A stretch of DNA of 64,000 bases. Source: Octopus vulgaris. Its lineage: Eukaryota. The stretch spans positions 158,224,001 through 158,288,000 of the forward strand of contig OX597817.1 of assembly GCA_951406725.2 (NCBI GenBank). Direction: 5' to 3'. Below, piece after piece: positions 10,809-23,019 of this stretch (position 1 is the first letter of the stretch; the number at the start of each line of letters is the position of its first letter). A program made the position numbers and the translations under genes. The notes under the pieces are model-generated. The model ran no database searches, had not been told where the DNA came from, and saw only the letters and a list, made by a program, of their open reading frames with translations.

Positions 10809-12038
10809 TTCAGTATAAACTCTTCCAATGGCATCATCAAAACATGTCAGGTTAGTCTTCAGTTGGGTATCTAACTTGTTTTCATTAACATACATTGTTT
10901 CATGTCTAATAAAATGCGAGCGAATCATACTGACATAACTTGAAGAAGCTGTTAGTGTTGTCCCTTGATGCTCTACTTGTAGTGCAGTAGTTGCAGGTGC
11001 AATGTAAACCCAGTGGCTATAGCTGTTGCATCCTGAGGTATCTTTCATGAAAGGGAAAAGCAAAAAAAAAACACTACTACTCATGCATTATCCCTGCTAG
11101 AAGTGGCTAACTTCAATGAAGCTGATTAGTTTCATCAGAACACTTGTTACATATTAGCTAACATATTTGATGGACTCTATTGAATTGCAGAACTCAAAAT
11201 TAATATATGCCTTAAATGTCCAGAGTAGGAGCAGGTAGTAGTAGTAGGTAACTATCTCATTTCTTAGCAATTTCATGCCATCCAACCAAAGTTTGGAAGC
11301 TTCCAGCCTTTGATGTTCTTCACCTGTTTGAGTCTCCTTCACAAATGGTCTTGGAAACCAGTTATCTTCCATGCAACATGCGATGTGAATTCCTGCTGAG
11401 CACACTACAAGGACCATGAACTATCTGGGTTTTAACAATATTGAAAAAAATTTTGTCCCTGCTAATGTCCCAAAGCTTTGCCGACATGATGGAACTAGTT
11501 TGATTGCACATGCTGCAAACCTCCTTTTGCCACTCTATACTATCTATACATGTGATCATTGTGAGGACCAAATATTTTGCATTTAGTAATCAAATCCACC
11601 ATCTTTCTCAGCTTTAATTGAAAAGCTCTGACTATGAGACCATGTCTTCAATTTGAGCTGGCCTATCGTTTTCCAAAAGGATGATCTATCTTTGTTGATA
11701 TAAAGAGAATATTGAGTGTATCACAGGATCTACATCTCATATTTTTGACTTATCTTAGCATTTCAGAAAGATACTGCTTTTGTCATGTGGCTCTCCAAAG
11801 CAACCTCATTGCATTTACATGCATTCTAATGGCATGAATATTCTAAATTTCAAACTAACACTTGAAACTTGACATAGCAGTTCTTTGCATGGGCTATCAA
11901 TATCCTTTCCACTCTTTCTATCTCTTATTCTTTCAGTTTCCTTTTCTCTCACTCTTGTCTTTGCATTTACATTTTCACAATTAATGCACTTCAATTAGAC
12001 ACCAGGTGCTCTACATTTGCAAAATTATTTACAAGTGC

Positions 12039-12292
12039 ATCATCATCATCATTTAGCGTCCGTTTTCCAAGCTAGCATGGGTTGGATGGTTCAACTGGGG
12101 TCTGTGAAGCCGGAAGGCCGCATCAGGCCCAGTCAGATCTGGCTGTGTTTCTATGGCTGGATGCCCTTCCTAACGCCAACCACTCCGTGAGTGTAGTGGG
12201 TGCTTTTCACGTGCCACCCGGAGCTGGCAAACGGCCATGAACGGATGGTGCTTTTACGTGCCACGGGCACGGGGGCCAGGCGAGGCTGGCAA
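12039..12292 (-). mobile_element. RTE 3'-end repeat (family B)
   Basis: (CAT)n start and conserved GGATGCCCTTCCTAACGCCAACCACTCC core. Confidence 0.8.
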
Positions 12293-13059
12293 AAATCATA
12301 CTTCTGGAATTTCGCTTACAAATCCGTTTTTCTTCATGTTTGGCAAATTGTTAATAAAAAGAGATACATTTGATCATGACTGTAGTTTGAACCGACATCC
12401 ATAAAATGTTACTTCCCACTCATGCATCAAAAGAAATTAACAAAGAATGAAGAGGCAAGTGAGAAGTAAAAGGTGGCACAAGAAAGGGAAACTGAGAGCA
12501 GCAGTGAAAGACGTAAAAAGATAAGAGCAATGGAGAGTAAAAGAGATAAGAAGAGAAATTAAAAGTACAAAGAGAGAAAGGGGAAAGAAGCAGATCAACA
12601 TGAGGAGTGTTAATAATATTAGTAACAGTAACAGAGAGGAAGACAATGATAGAGAGAAACAGGGGAAAGCAATAGGATGAGATAGTTGTAAAGCAGTGAG
12701 AGAGAGAGAGAAGATAAAAGAAAGAGGAAGACTGAAGAGGCAGAAAAGTGAAGAACAGAGACCCAGCACTGTGATAACAAAGCAATCAATAATTATTTAC
12801 AAGATAAAAAGCGGGAGGAGAAGGTGGACACACTTTCTTAAATATGTATATCATACATGTATACACATATCTATACATACACAGAAGTTGTCAAGATGGA
12901 AGGAGAGTATAATTATTATAGCACTGAAATTACTCTCTTTCGCTACTTGTGACCCTTTGCAGTTCACACAACTAAGTTGCGATCTGTTAAGAATCACAAA
13001 ACTCAGTAACAAGCAGATTAATCTCCATGCCATGCTACAAAACACACATACAATAATAT

Positions 13060-13433
13060 ACTCTTTCCTCTTTTACTTGTTTCAGTCATTTGACTGTGGC
13101 CATGCTGGAGCACTGCCTTTAAATCAAGCAAATCGAACCCAGGACTTATTCTTTGTAAGCCTAGTACTTATTCTATCGGTCTCTTATGCCAAACCACTAA
13201 GTTACAGGGACATAAACACACCAGCATCGGTTGTCAAGCGATGTTGGGTGGGGACAAACACACACATATAAAAACATATATACAACAGGCTTCTTTCAGT
13301 TTCCGTCTCCCAAATCCATTCACAAGGCTTTGGTCGGCCCGAGGCTATAGAAGACACTTGCCCAAGGTGCCACACAGTGGGACTGAACCCGGAACCATGT
13401 GGTTTGTAAGCAAACTACTTACCACACAGCCAC
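13060..13433 (-). mobile_element. SINE family A
   Basis: Reverse complement of the 288-655 sequence. Confidence 0.8.
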
Positions 13434-13792
13434 TTACCTTTTAATACAAATATTAAAAAAAAAAACTGTCTATTTCTAGCTCATTTTTTAAGTAATCAAG
13501 AAAAGCATTCAGATTACAGCCAAATGCAGTACTTCTTTATTCACATCCTTTTGAATTAATCATGCAGTATCACAAAGCTTTCAGATTTAAATAATGTAAT
13601 TGTTTATATATAGGATGTTGTAAGGTAAGTATGAGAGGCCAAATCTGTCCAGTTTAAAAGTTGAAGGGTGAATAAAATGTTTTTATTTATTTATTTGCAT
13701 TGTTTCAAGCAGAATATACATAACTGAGAGAAGTTTGCACTTTTGTTACCAACCCGGCTGAAACCGGCTCTGGCTTTTGTTACCCTTGTTAA

Positions 13793-14013
13793 CCCTTTTG
13801 TTACCAACCCGGCTGAAACCGGCTCTGGCTCTGTTGTACAAATGTCTTGTTTTCTTAAGGTTTCAATTAAAATCTTCCACCAAACCTTAGCCACAATTTA
13901 TGTTCCTAATACAAGCTGAATGATAACTAAGTTATTTTACTAAATTCTTCGTTATATTTAAAGTAATTGAAAGAAACACAGAGCATCCCAAAATAAATAC
14001 AGTAACGAAAGGG
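13793..14013 (+). mobile_element. piggyBac-type MITE (family 2), 221 bp
   Basis: TTAA at 13789-13792 and 14014-14017; TIR CCCTTTTGTTAC / GTAACGAAAGGG; a partial tandem copy of the left end sits at ~13740-13773. Confidence 0.8.
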
Positions 14014-15149
14014 TTAAGTTAATACTCATATTACCAGGTTTCATTGAAGATTTAATTGAAACGTGAGCACTTCAGCATGTAAATCTTTTAAAATGGTATT
14101 ATGGAACAAAGAGTGATCTCATGTTGCTTCTGAAAGGGTTAAAAAGTTGATTAACAATAGTATGAAATCATCTTTTCAATACTTTGAAATGAAGCAGTAG
14201 TTTAAATTCTAATTCAACAGACATCCCACAAGTCTGGTTAGAACTTGATCCATATTAAATATCAACTAGCTTGAAAAATTTAATGATTTTTTCCCTGGGG
14301 TATCATCTATCTGACATTTATTCAAATTACTACCAAATAACCTGATCAAAGTGATCATAAAATCAATTAAGGTTCAATATCCAATTGCCTTGAATTTTTT
14401 TTTTTTTTTTTTTTTACTATTTTGTCAAGGAAGAAAGGGCAGTGACTGTAACCACTTTTATTTTCAGAGAATCAAAAGACTGGTGGGATATTATTCTCAA
14501 GCAGATGCCCTGACCCAAAGTGCCAGCTGGTGGTATTAAACCACTCACAAACTCAGAATGGAAAGAGCCAGAGCAAATATTACACCATCTCATGCAACAC
14601 TCTAGACAGACAGACAGACACTTTTCATCTCCAAAAGGATGAAAAGAGAAAGCCCTTCCACACACACACACAAAATACCACAGGGCATTTTTTTTCTTAT
14701 GCTGTAATAACTGCTAACTCATCAATTCTTAAGTAGCAGTTGGACACAGTGGAATTTCAGTGTAAAAACTCAAAATTAGTGCCACAAGCATTTTGTCTGA
14801 TGCATCAACAATTCTGCCACCTAGTGACCTTAATGCCTGAAATTTAGGGGTAGAGGGCTAGAAGTTGAAAGAAATGCTGCTAAGCATTTTGTTCGGTATG
14901 CCACAAGTTCTGCCAGTTCCCAGCCTTCTTAATGATAACCCTTTTTACTAAAGGCACAAGTCCTGAAATTTTGGGGGAGGGAACTAGTTAATTACATCAA
15001 CCCAGTATTTCAAAGGTAATTTTATTAACCCTGAAAGGATGAAAGGCAAAGTTGAACTTGGCAGAAATACCAACAATACAAAGTGGGAAATTTTAAAAAA
15101 AGTTTTCAACATTATTTCTTTTCTTTTAATATATATATTCTATTTTTAA

Positions 15150-15370
15150 CCCTTTAGCATTTAAACCGGCCATATCCGGCCAAAAGTATTCTGCCTGTTT
15201 TATGTTCAAACTGGCCACATCTGGTCTCTCACACCAACCCTACAATATTGTTTAAAAAATTAACAGCTACCTCATCAAAATCTCAAAGCTACAAGATATG
15301 GCATGATTAGTTCAAAACAATGTGGATAAAAAAGGATTAATTTTGGGAGAATAATGCGAACACTAAAGGG
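15150..15370 (+). mobile_element. piggyBac MITE (family 1), complete, 221 bp
   Basis: TTAA at 15146-15149 and 15371-15374; CCCTTTAG...CTAAAGGG; collinear with both ends of the 1083-3697 element. Confidence 0.9.
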
Positions 15371-17172
15371 TTAAAGAGAAAAGGTATTGGGCATGGATAA
15401 GATAAAAGCTGCTCTCTCAGCAGAGTAAATAAAAAAAAATGTCAGGTTTGGTAACAGCATTTCATTAACAATGTTCTTTACCCTGTACACATGTATACAC
15501 ATAAATTACATTTTGCAGCAGGAAAGACATAAGAATTTATAAAATATGAGTTATTATAAGTTACCACTAATAGGCATATGATAAACATAGATGAGACATT
15601 TTCTAATATAGTAATGCATTAAGAAGCAAATAAATGAACTATGTACATGTAATACCATCTGAATCTAAACCTAATTATTAGATGTCATTTTAGATAAAGA
15701 TTAGATTCTACTGAAACCTAATAACAGTATATGATCTTTATTGTATGTTCACAAATTTAATGGAACTTAATTACTTTTAATTCATGAGAAAAACAAACTA
15801 TGTTTTCAGCTATCTAGAAAGATAACATATTTTCACTTTTGCAAATGAATGACATCAATAATGCTCTATGATGATCACCATTGTTGTTTAAGATCTATTC
15901 TCCATACTTGCATAGGCCAAATAGAATTTGTTGAGGCAGACTTTCTTCAGCTAGATGCTGCTCTTCCCTTTGCCATCCCACACTTGTTTCCAAGCAGTGT
16001 AATATTTTCCTATGGCTGGACATATTTTCATGGAAGACTGGAAATGAACAACATCACTTGAATGATGATGGTGATCCTTTTTACAACCACTACATGGGTG
16101 TTAAGATAGAGTACACGGAAAAACTCACACATAAATGAGGGAGAGGGGCATGGCAGAATAATAATCAATAAGAAAAATCAAATTCTTCTTTCTTTTCACA
16201 GAGCAATGACAACCAGTACTTTTGTATTGGTACTTCCTAGACTTCAAGAGCAACAAAATTAAACTCATAACTCTTTCTTGACATATTAAGGGCACCCAGC
16301 ACATTCTGTGGAGTGGAAGGGCATCCAGCCATAGAAACCAAGCTAAATCAGACTGGAGCCTGGTACAGCTCTCCAGCTTACCAGATTCAGTCAAACCGTT
16401 TAACCCATGCCAGCATGGAAAACAGACTAAATGATGATTCTGAAACTACATCCATAGAATTCATTATTTAAATACAATTCCTAACACTTTAGCTCTAGTT
16501 TCTCCAGAGGTAACAGCTCATTAGACACCAATATCGAAATTAAACTCTTTTTACAAAATAAGAAAACCTATAGACTGAAGAAAGCAAATTTATGGTCAAA
16601 GACCGGACATGACAAAGATGCTATTTAGTAGTGAATTAAATATTTTGAAATACTTCTTACACACAACAGTGGTGCTCTAGCAATGCCAAAACCAGGTCAA
16701 AGGAAGAAGTAAAATAGTGAACCAAATGTTATGAAGTTACCAATACAATAAATACAGCACCTCACAATCCTTTATAATTATTGTAATACTAGCAGAGTTA
16801 CCCGGCGTTGCCAGTGTTACATGCAATTGAAGAATTAGACTTTTCTGTAATACCTGTTTCAAATTTCATCAAACTTGCAGATGAGGGTTATTTCCCTCTT
16901 TACACACCCTAAAAAAATTGTAATCGTGCCACATGTATCCCATACAACTGATTTTTATGCACACATTCCACAATTCCAGTCTTATAGAAGTTAAAAATGG
17001 AAGTCATGGAGCTCTAAAATGTGAGAGTTAAGCCCCTATTGGGGGTGGGCGTCTTAATCTCAACCAGAGAAGTTGAATTGTTGAGAATCTTTTTAACTTG
17101 GGTCTTATATCTATTGTTTGAATTTCTTTGAAATAGGAAATATATGTTCACAGACACACATTCTCAGTTTTA

Positions 17173-18452
17173 GGTACTTGTCAAGTGTAGTGGTCCCGGT
17201 TTCGCGCGCGCGCCAGACGTAATTCAAAATTGTTCATTTTGATATGGCTCAAGAGACATGATAGACTTTTAAATGGAGATTGAGAAAAATGGTTTCAATT
17301 AGAAAAGCAACATTTCTAGAAAATAGTAAATTGAAGTGTGAACACAGCACCTTACAGAGTATAAGTATATGACATTTATTTTAAAAATTTAACTTCATTT
17401 GTTTTATATTCTAAATAATTTGCAATTTCAAAAAATATATTAATTTTGCGTTTTTTAATTTGATAAATTCTACGGAATAATTTTGCGCGTTTTTTGATAA
17501 ATTCTACGGAAAGAATTTAGTGCGAAAAATTTATACATTTATACACAAAGACCTGTTGAGGCAAGCGAAGTTGATATCGAACCTCATCCGACGACAGGCA
17601 CCCATGCCAACCCCCTTTGCTTGCGAAGACATGTTGGGGCAAGTGTGGCACCCGGCAGATGCCAGGACCCCTGGAATGGTGGTACGTAAAAAGCACTATC
17701 CGAATCGTGGCCGATGCCAGAGCCGCCTCGACTGGCACCAATCCGACCGTGGCCGTTGCCAGCCTCGCCTGGCACCTGTGCGGGTGGCATGTAAAAAGCA
17801 CCCACTACACTCTCGGAGTGGTTGGCGTTAGGAAGGGCATCCAGCTGTAGAAACATTGCCAGATAAGACTGGAGTCTGGTGCAGCCTTCTGGCTTCCCAG
17901 ATCCCCGGTCGAACCGTCCAACCCATGCTGGCATGGAGAACGGACGTTAAACGATGATGATAAGAAATTAATTCATTAAGTTTACCAAATTATATACGTC
18001 TGTAAAAAAAAAAAGTTTCACAAATTATATACGTTCGCGTTTGTGTAAAAAAAATTATTATTCAAGTTTTATAAATTATTTACTTTGTTCAAAAAATATT
18101 ATTAATATTAATTAATTTTCAAGAATTATTTAATTTATATAATTAATTCATTAATTTTATTCTGTAAAATAGTAATTAATTCATTTATCTGTAAATCCGC
18201 GAGGAAAGCGACTATGTAATTTTTTTGTGTAAAATTGAAAATGTTATATATACACACACACACACATATATATTTTTAGTGAAATCCAACACCTTTTTGT
18301 CTTAAAAAGCAGAAAGGTATCTAAAAAAATCCGTTTTTTTTGGGGGGGGGGTTTAATGCGCATGCGCGAATCGCGCATGTCACCTCGTAGGATCTCGAGT
18401 ACCTACGTCTGGCGCGCGCGCGAAACCGGGACCACTACACTTGACAAGTACC
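17173..18452. mobile_element. Non-autonomous DNA transposon with 49-bp TIRs and 8-bp TSD (Merlin-like)
   Basis: Perfect TIR GGTACTTGTCAAGTGTAGTGGTCCCGGTTTCGCGCGCGCGCCAGACGTA (17173-17221 / 18404-18452); TSD CAGTTTTA (17165-17172 / 18453-18460); GG...CC termini. Confidence 0.85.
17548..17961 (+). mobile_element. RTE 3'-end repeat (family B) nested in the Merlin-like element
   Basis: Family B core and ACGGACGTTAAACGATGATGAT tail. Confidence 0.8.
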
Positions 18453-18846
18453 CAGTTTTATATATATATAGATAACAGCAGTATTTTGAAATACAAGGAC
18501 TGATATTCTGATCAAATTAAACTGATTTGGTTGTAACCTCAAGTTATGATTTCTATTAGTCAACATATCTAAATACATTCAATTGTTTCCATCCACAAAA
18601 AGGAACATTAGAAAAGAGTAATAAATCAAGGAACGTATTATTAGTAAACAGCCGATACTTTCATACCAACTCAAATATGAAATACAACGGTCGTTATTCA
18701 AATCGAAACTGATTAGTACGTAGTTCAGTTTTATAACGCCGTTGGTGAACAATAGCGTCGGTAGTTACGTTTTTAACGAGATAATCATTGGATTACTGCA
18801 TTTCTGACGGTAGGGCGACAAATTAAATTCTACAACTTAATACAGA

Positions 18847-19002
18847 CAGTAGCGTAGCTGAAGGAAGGTGTCCGCTCCAAGCGATGCTTTTATAGGGATG
18901 GAACTTTTTGGTTTGCTGTATAAGATGGTATAGACCCCAGGATAAGGTGGGGAGTAAACTCAGTGAATCTCCTAAGCGACACACAAACTGGTTACACCAC
19001 GG
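18847..19002. mobile_element. Possible old hAT-like MITE
   Basis: Imperfect termini CAGTAGCGTAGC / GTTACACCACGG; no clear TSD. Confidence 0.3.
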
Positions 19003-19251
19003 AAATATTGTGTGAGATTTCGTTCGAAAGAGAACTGTATTTATTTTTTCTCTCGGAATTTACGTCTTTCGTCAATACATCAGCGAAAGATATATAGGCA
19101 TGCCTATACACACCTACTTATCCAAGATGCCACGCACTGAGAGAGAATTCAGAACAACGTTTTTTGGCGATCCTTCGGTATATGTACCGTAAGTGGCTTT
19201 GTTTACATTTCTGAAGATAACAGGAACCCTTTTCTCCCACCCTAACCCTCC

Positions 19252-19283
<32 letters not shown>

Positions 19284-20025
19284 CTTTCTTGAAATGTATC
19301 CGGTACTTCCGGTACCTATACCGAAGTTAGGCCCATCATAAAAAGGACTTAATCATTCAGTCACGTTTGTTGTTTAGGTTAACAATAAAGCACGTGGTTC
19401 AACAATCTAGTATGTCATTATTTAATCTTTACTTGGCACTCATAAATGACAAGCGATATCACGGTTTAACATTTTGACTTCATTGTGTTAGCTTGTAGAC
19501 AACACACGTTAAAGTTCCAGAATGAACCTTGATTGCGGTATTGGCATAAACTAAATGGAATTACATCGATCCCTTGGAAACAAGGAATGCGTGTAAGTTG
19601 GGATAAAAATCACAGACACCTTTTTACTCATCTGACGTGCTCGAGTGTGCGACCTGAGTTGCGCGACACTGCAGTCTGAAAAACACGAAATAAATATCGT
19701 AATCTATTGTGTCATTAACCAATGGTGCTTTGATAACTCGCGGGAGTTATGAACAACATCACTTTCAAGTTTAAACCGCATGGTTTATTTTCGTAGGCTT
19801 TCGGTTGCAATAATGATATGTAAATTTTTAGACTGGCCACTAGCGCGGTTATCGTGGTAGGATTTATGTATTTAATTATCCCAAAGCTGCAGAGGGAAGG
19901 TAACAAAATAACTAAACCCCTAACATCGAATCCCAGCAATTGGAAAGTCTTCACTGAAATAAACTTTATGAAGTTATTTTTAATATAGATTTATTTTAAA
20001 ATAACATTAAGGGTACACTCATGTT

Positions 20026-20061
<36 letters not shown>

Positions 20062-21475
20062 TATATATATATATATAATTCATTGAAGCTATACACGATT
20101 CAAATCTGATGGAGTTGAGATGGTGTCAATGTAAAAAAAAAAAATTAACATTAAAAAAAAAGGAATGCCTAAAAATAACAACTAGTGGTCGAGGAAACAG
20201 CAGAAAAGTGAAAACTAATAAATTTACTAATGACAGGTTTCTGTCGGAGAAAGGAGCGGTGAAAAAACAACCGTAAACACGGCTCTATTGTACAAATACC
20301 TGAATAAACTCTTTTAAGATGAAAGTCGACCAAGGCGGAATTAAGAGAAGACAACTCTCAATATTTTGCACAGATTTTTTTCTTCTTCAAATTTACAATA
20401 AAGTGTAATTAAATATCTATAAAACATCGATCATACAAAAAAAAAAAATGAATAATTTCCTTAAATAAAATATGCAAAATATAAATCCATAAAAATTTTT
20501 TTAATTGATTTACAAGAGGACCCCTAAATACCTATTTTTGCGACGAGATGACTGCAAAGGCGCCATTAATATTAAAAAATAAATAAATAATTACTTCTAG
20601 GCGCAATTTCCCTCAAATTAAACAAGGGAAAAGTGTTGGAAATCCTTAAGAAATTTTTATATGAATACACTAATACAATGTAAAGCAATTTCAGAACTAG
20701 TTTATTTTGTTGGTATTCGAAAAACTTTTGGAATACGAAAGCTAGAGGGTTAGTGTTTATGGCAGTAAAGTTAGTTTTACTAATTGGGCAAGTTTTTGAT
20801 TTTGTATTGTTTGAAACTTAGCATCCTTATGACGACATGATTGATACTGACAAGGACCAGTAGTAAATATTTAGATTATATACGACAGTTAAAATATTTT
20901 GAAAATGTTAATTATAACCAAAATCTCATTCTACATCAGACGTTTGCAATAACAGATATTTTTAAATATTTATAAAAATATTTTGGGCAAATATAAATAA
21001 ATAACCAAAAAATATATTAAAAAAATTTTAAATAAAATTTGTTTTATGTAAAACTTTAAAAAGTTGAATTTAAAAAAAAAAAGTTTCAAGAAAGAAAGAT
21101 TAAATATCGAAATAACAAAGGAACAGAAAGAAGATGAACAAAAAGAAACAAGAACGCAAACAAAAGAAAAGCAAGTCTGGGAAAATGTGAGAAGAAAAAA
21201 GATGAAGAGCTGAAATATTAAATGAGGGATCAGTTTAGCCAACGTTTTGTGTTAAAAGTCGATCACTATTTTGTGACCAGCTGTTTTTTCTCTAATTTTT
21301 GCATAGCTTGTTTCGGGGGCAGTGTGAAATTTAGGCCGAAGGTATTTTCTATTATTTTCATAGCAGGAAAGGGTTAAATGTATTGAGAGAATAAAGCAAC
21401 ACAGAACTATCCTTAACAAACAACAAGCACGTTTCTTACAAAACTGTGCACACTGAAACATATACACATACATAT

Positions 21476-21513
<38 letters not shown>

Positions 21514-21649
21514 GCCGTATTCCGGATTTAAGTGTGATGATTATTTTTCGAACAAAAGCAATTTAAGAACACATATATAATCGTTGATGTCCAATTATTT
21601 TTTTTCTTTCAACTTAAATGCACATACCTCAGGGCAGAGATCGATTTCA

Positions 21650-21975
21650 ATGAAAGAAGCACTGATGGGTGATACGAATAAACCACGCGGCAAAAGCAGT
21701 TACCCTCTCTCTCTCTCTCTCTCTGTCTCTGTCTATATTTCACCTCCCGCTCACTCAGTCACTCTCTTACTTCTTTCCTCGACCTCTCGATGATTAAAAA
21801 TAAAAAAATAAAAATCTATCTCCTCTCATTTTACAGCACAGTCTCGAGCTTGCCTCCCTTGGCAGTCACGTGACTACAGCCGCATTCCAAGAATTGAAAA
21901 TGGCGGTTCTTATTAAATTCGTGAAGCATTTTCTGATGGGTTCCCAGTCGAAAATCAGGAAGACAAGTTCTCGAC
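21650..21975. promoter_or_regulatory. Probable housekeeping-type promoter / first-exon region
   Basis: Locally CpG-rich unique DNA; palindromic E-box GTCACGTGAC (21865-21874); YY1-type AAAATGGCGG (21897-21906); (CT)n tract ending at a minus-strand donor AGG|GTAACT (ac 21702-21703). Confidence 0.5.
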
Positions 21976-22495
21976 ATGCCAAATCCACAGCTTAGCTTCT
22001 ATTCTCTATATTATTTTTTCTCTTATATCAGCAATATCTCTTCCTATATAAATATCAATGAATTCTTTTTTTTTTTTTTTCATTTTGCCATATATCTGAA
22101 GCCTCAAGCCAACATATTAAACTGCCACATTACTATAAAGCATAAAATATCACCTCAACCATCCAAATTCATAACCCCTTTATCAGTGCCTCTTAAAACA
22201 ACTTTACACTGTTAACATCATCAGAAAACTTTTGACCATTACAACATCCCATTTTGCCTCTCTTAAACTTACTGGAGAACTAATGATTAGTTTATATGGC
22301 AGATTTAATTTATATTTTGAATAAATACTGATTACTTTAACTAGATACAAACCATTGATATATATGTAAAGATGGTGAAGAAATGTGTTGTGATGTTCAT
22401 TTTTTTTCCATGGGAATACATTCGTTTGGATATGGTCCAGAATTTCTCATAAGAGAAGGGCTGGGAGGATTGAAAAGTGGGTGGACAAATTGTTA

Positions 22496-22887
22496 CCTAT
22501 ATATATATAAAGTTGAAGTTGTCTGTGTGTGGCAGGTTTGGTAGTCTTCAACTAACACTGTCTCCTCCAAGACCCTGCAGCACAAGTTGACCAAAATTGA
22601 GAGTATGATAGAAGAAGGCTTGCTCTTCATTCTGTAGATGATAAAATTCAAATTGGACCATGTTAACACTAAAAATTATTTACATCAAAAAGGTGCTTTT
22701 TTTCTATGAAAATTCCTATTTTTTATGATGTGTTGGCTGCTGTGTCGCCATTTTTCGGTGTATTTCAACCAGAAAAATGTTCACTTAAAGAGAATAACAA
22801 GCTACATAATGCCAAATTTTTACTTTTCAAAAATTCCAATTCTAAAGGGTCGAAACAAACCCGAGCAACGCCGGGCGATACTGCTAA
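22496..22887 (+). mobile_element. Non-autonomous Helitron (type H2)
   Basis: TATATATAAAGTTGAAGTTGTCTGTG start; 3' hairpin CCCGAGCAACGCCGGG-CGATACTGCTAA; second copy at 29760-30149. Confidence 0.8.
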
Positions 22888-23019
22888 TATTTAATAAAAT
22901 TAAGATGGATGTGAAATTTATTTTGTCATTTCATTAATAAAGATGAAAAGAATTACCAAAAATGTCCACTTTTTCATGGGGAGTGCTGATGCTTCTCATT
23001 TTGAGAACCACTGTTTTTG

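Larger units (their letters stand above)
7650..11870 (-). pseudogene. Fossil Helitron Rep/PIF1-helicase coding region
   Basis: Degenerate minus-strand motifs in canonical order: SIEWQK and IVHGPC (Rep, ~11540-11410), FPRPFVKETQTG, AIGRVYT, Walker A-like DACDGNGNT (~9640), AIAITSSGIA (~9560), motif II-like and SGDF-type motif III (~8790-8450 and duplicated ~7960-7830), HVEFLDCLEP (~8080); multiple stops and nested insertions. Confidence 0.8.
16789..18472 (-). mobile_element. Non-autonomous Helitron (type H3) interrupted by a Merlin-like element
   Basis: CTAG at 16789-16792 next to a hairpin remnant CCCGGCGTTGCC; minus-strand 5' end TCTATATATATATAAAACTG at 18472; flanked A|T. Confidence 0.7.

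Noticed and set aside
12420-13271. Long ORFs at 12420-12785 and 12696-13271
   Set aside because: They arise from a purine-rich low-complexity tract plus a family A SINE; no recognisable domain or splice context.
14468-14535. Possible plus-strand exon after ttttattttcag
   Set aside because: No recognisable peptide, weak donor and no partner exons.
21900-21995. Plus-strand CDS starting at the AAAATGGCGG ATG
   Set aside because: The frame closes after about 31 codons with no clear donor or homology; treated as a YY1-like promoter motif only.
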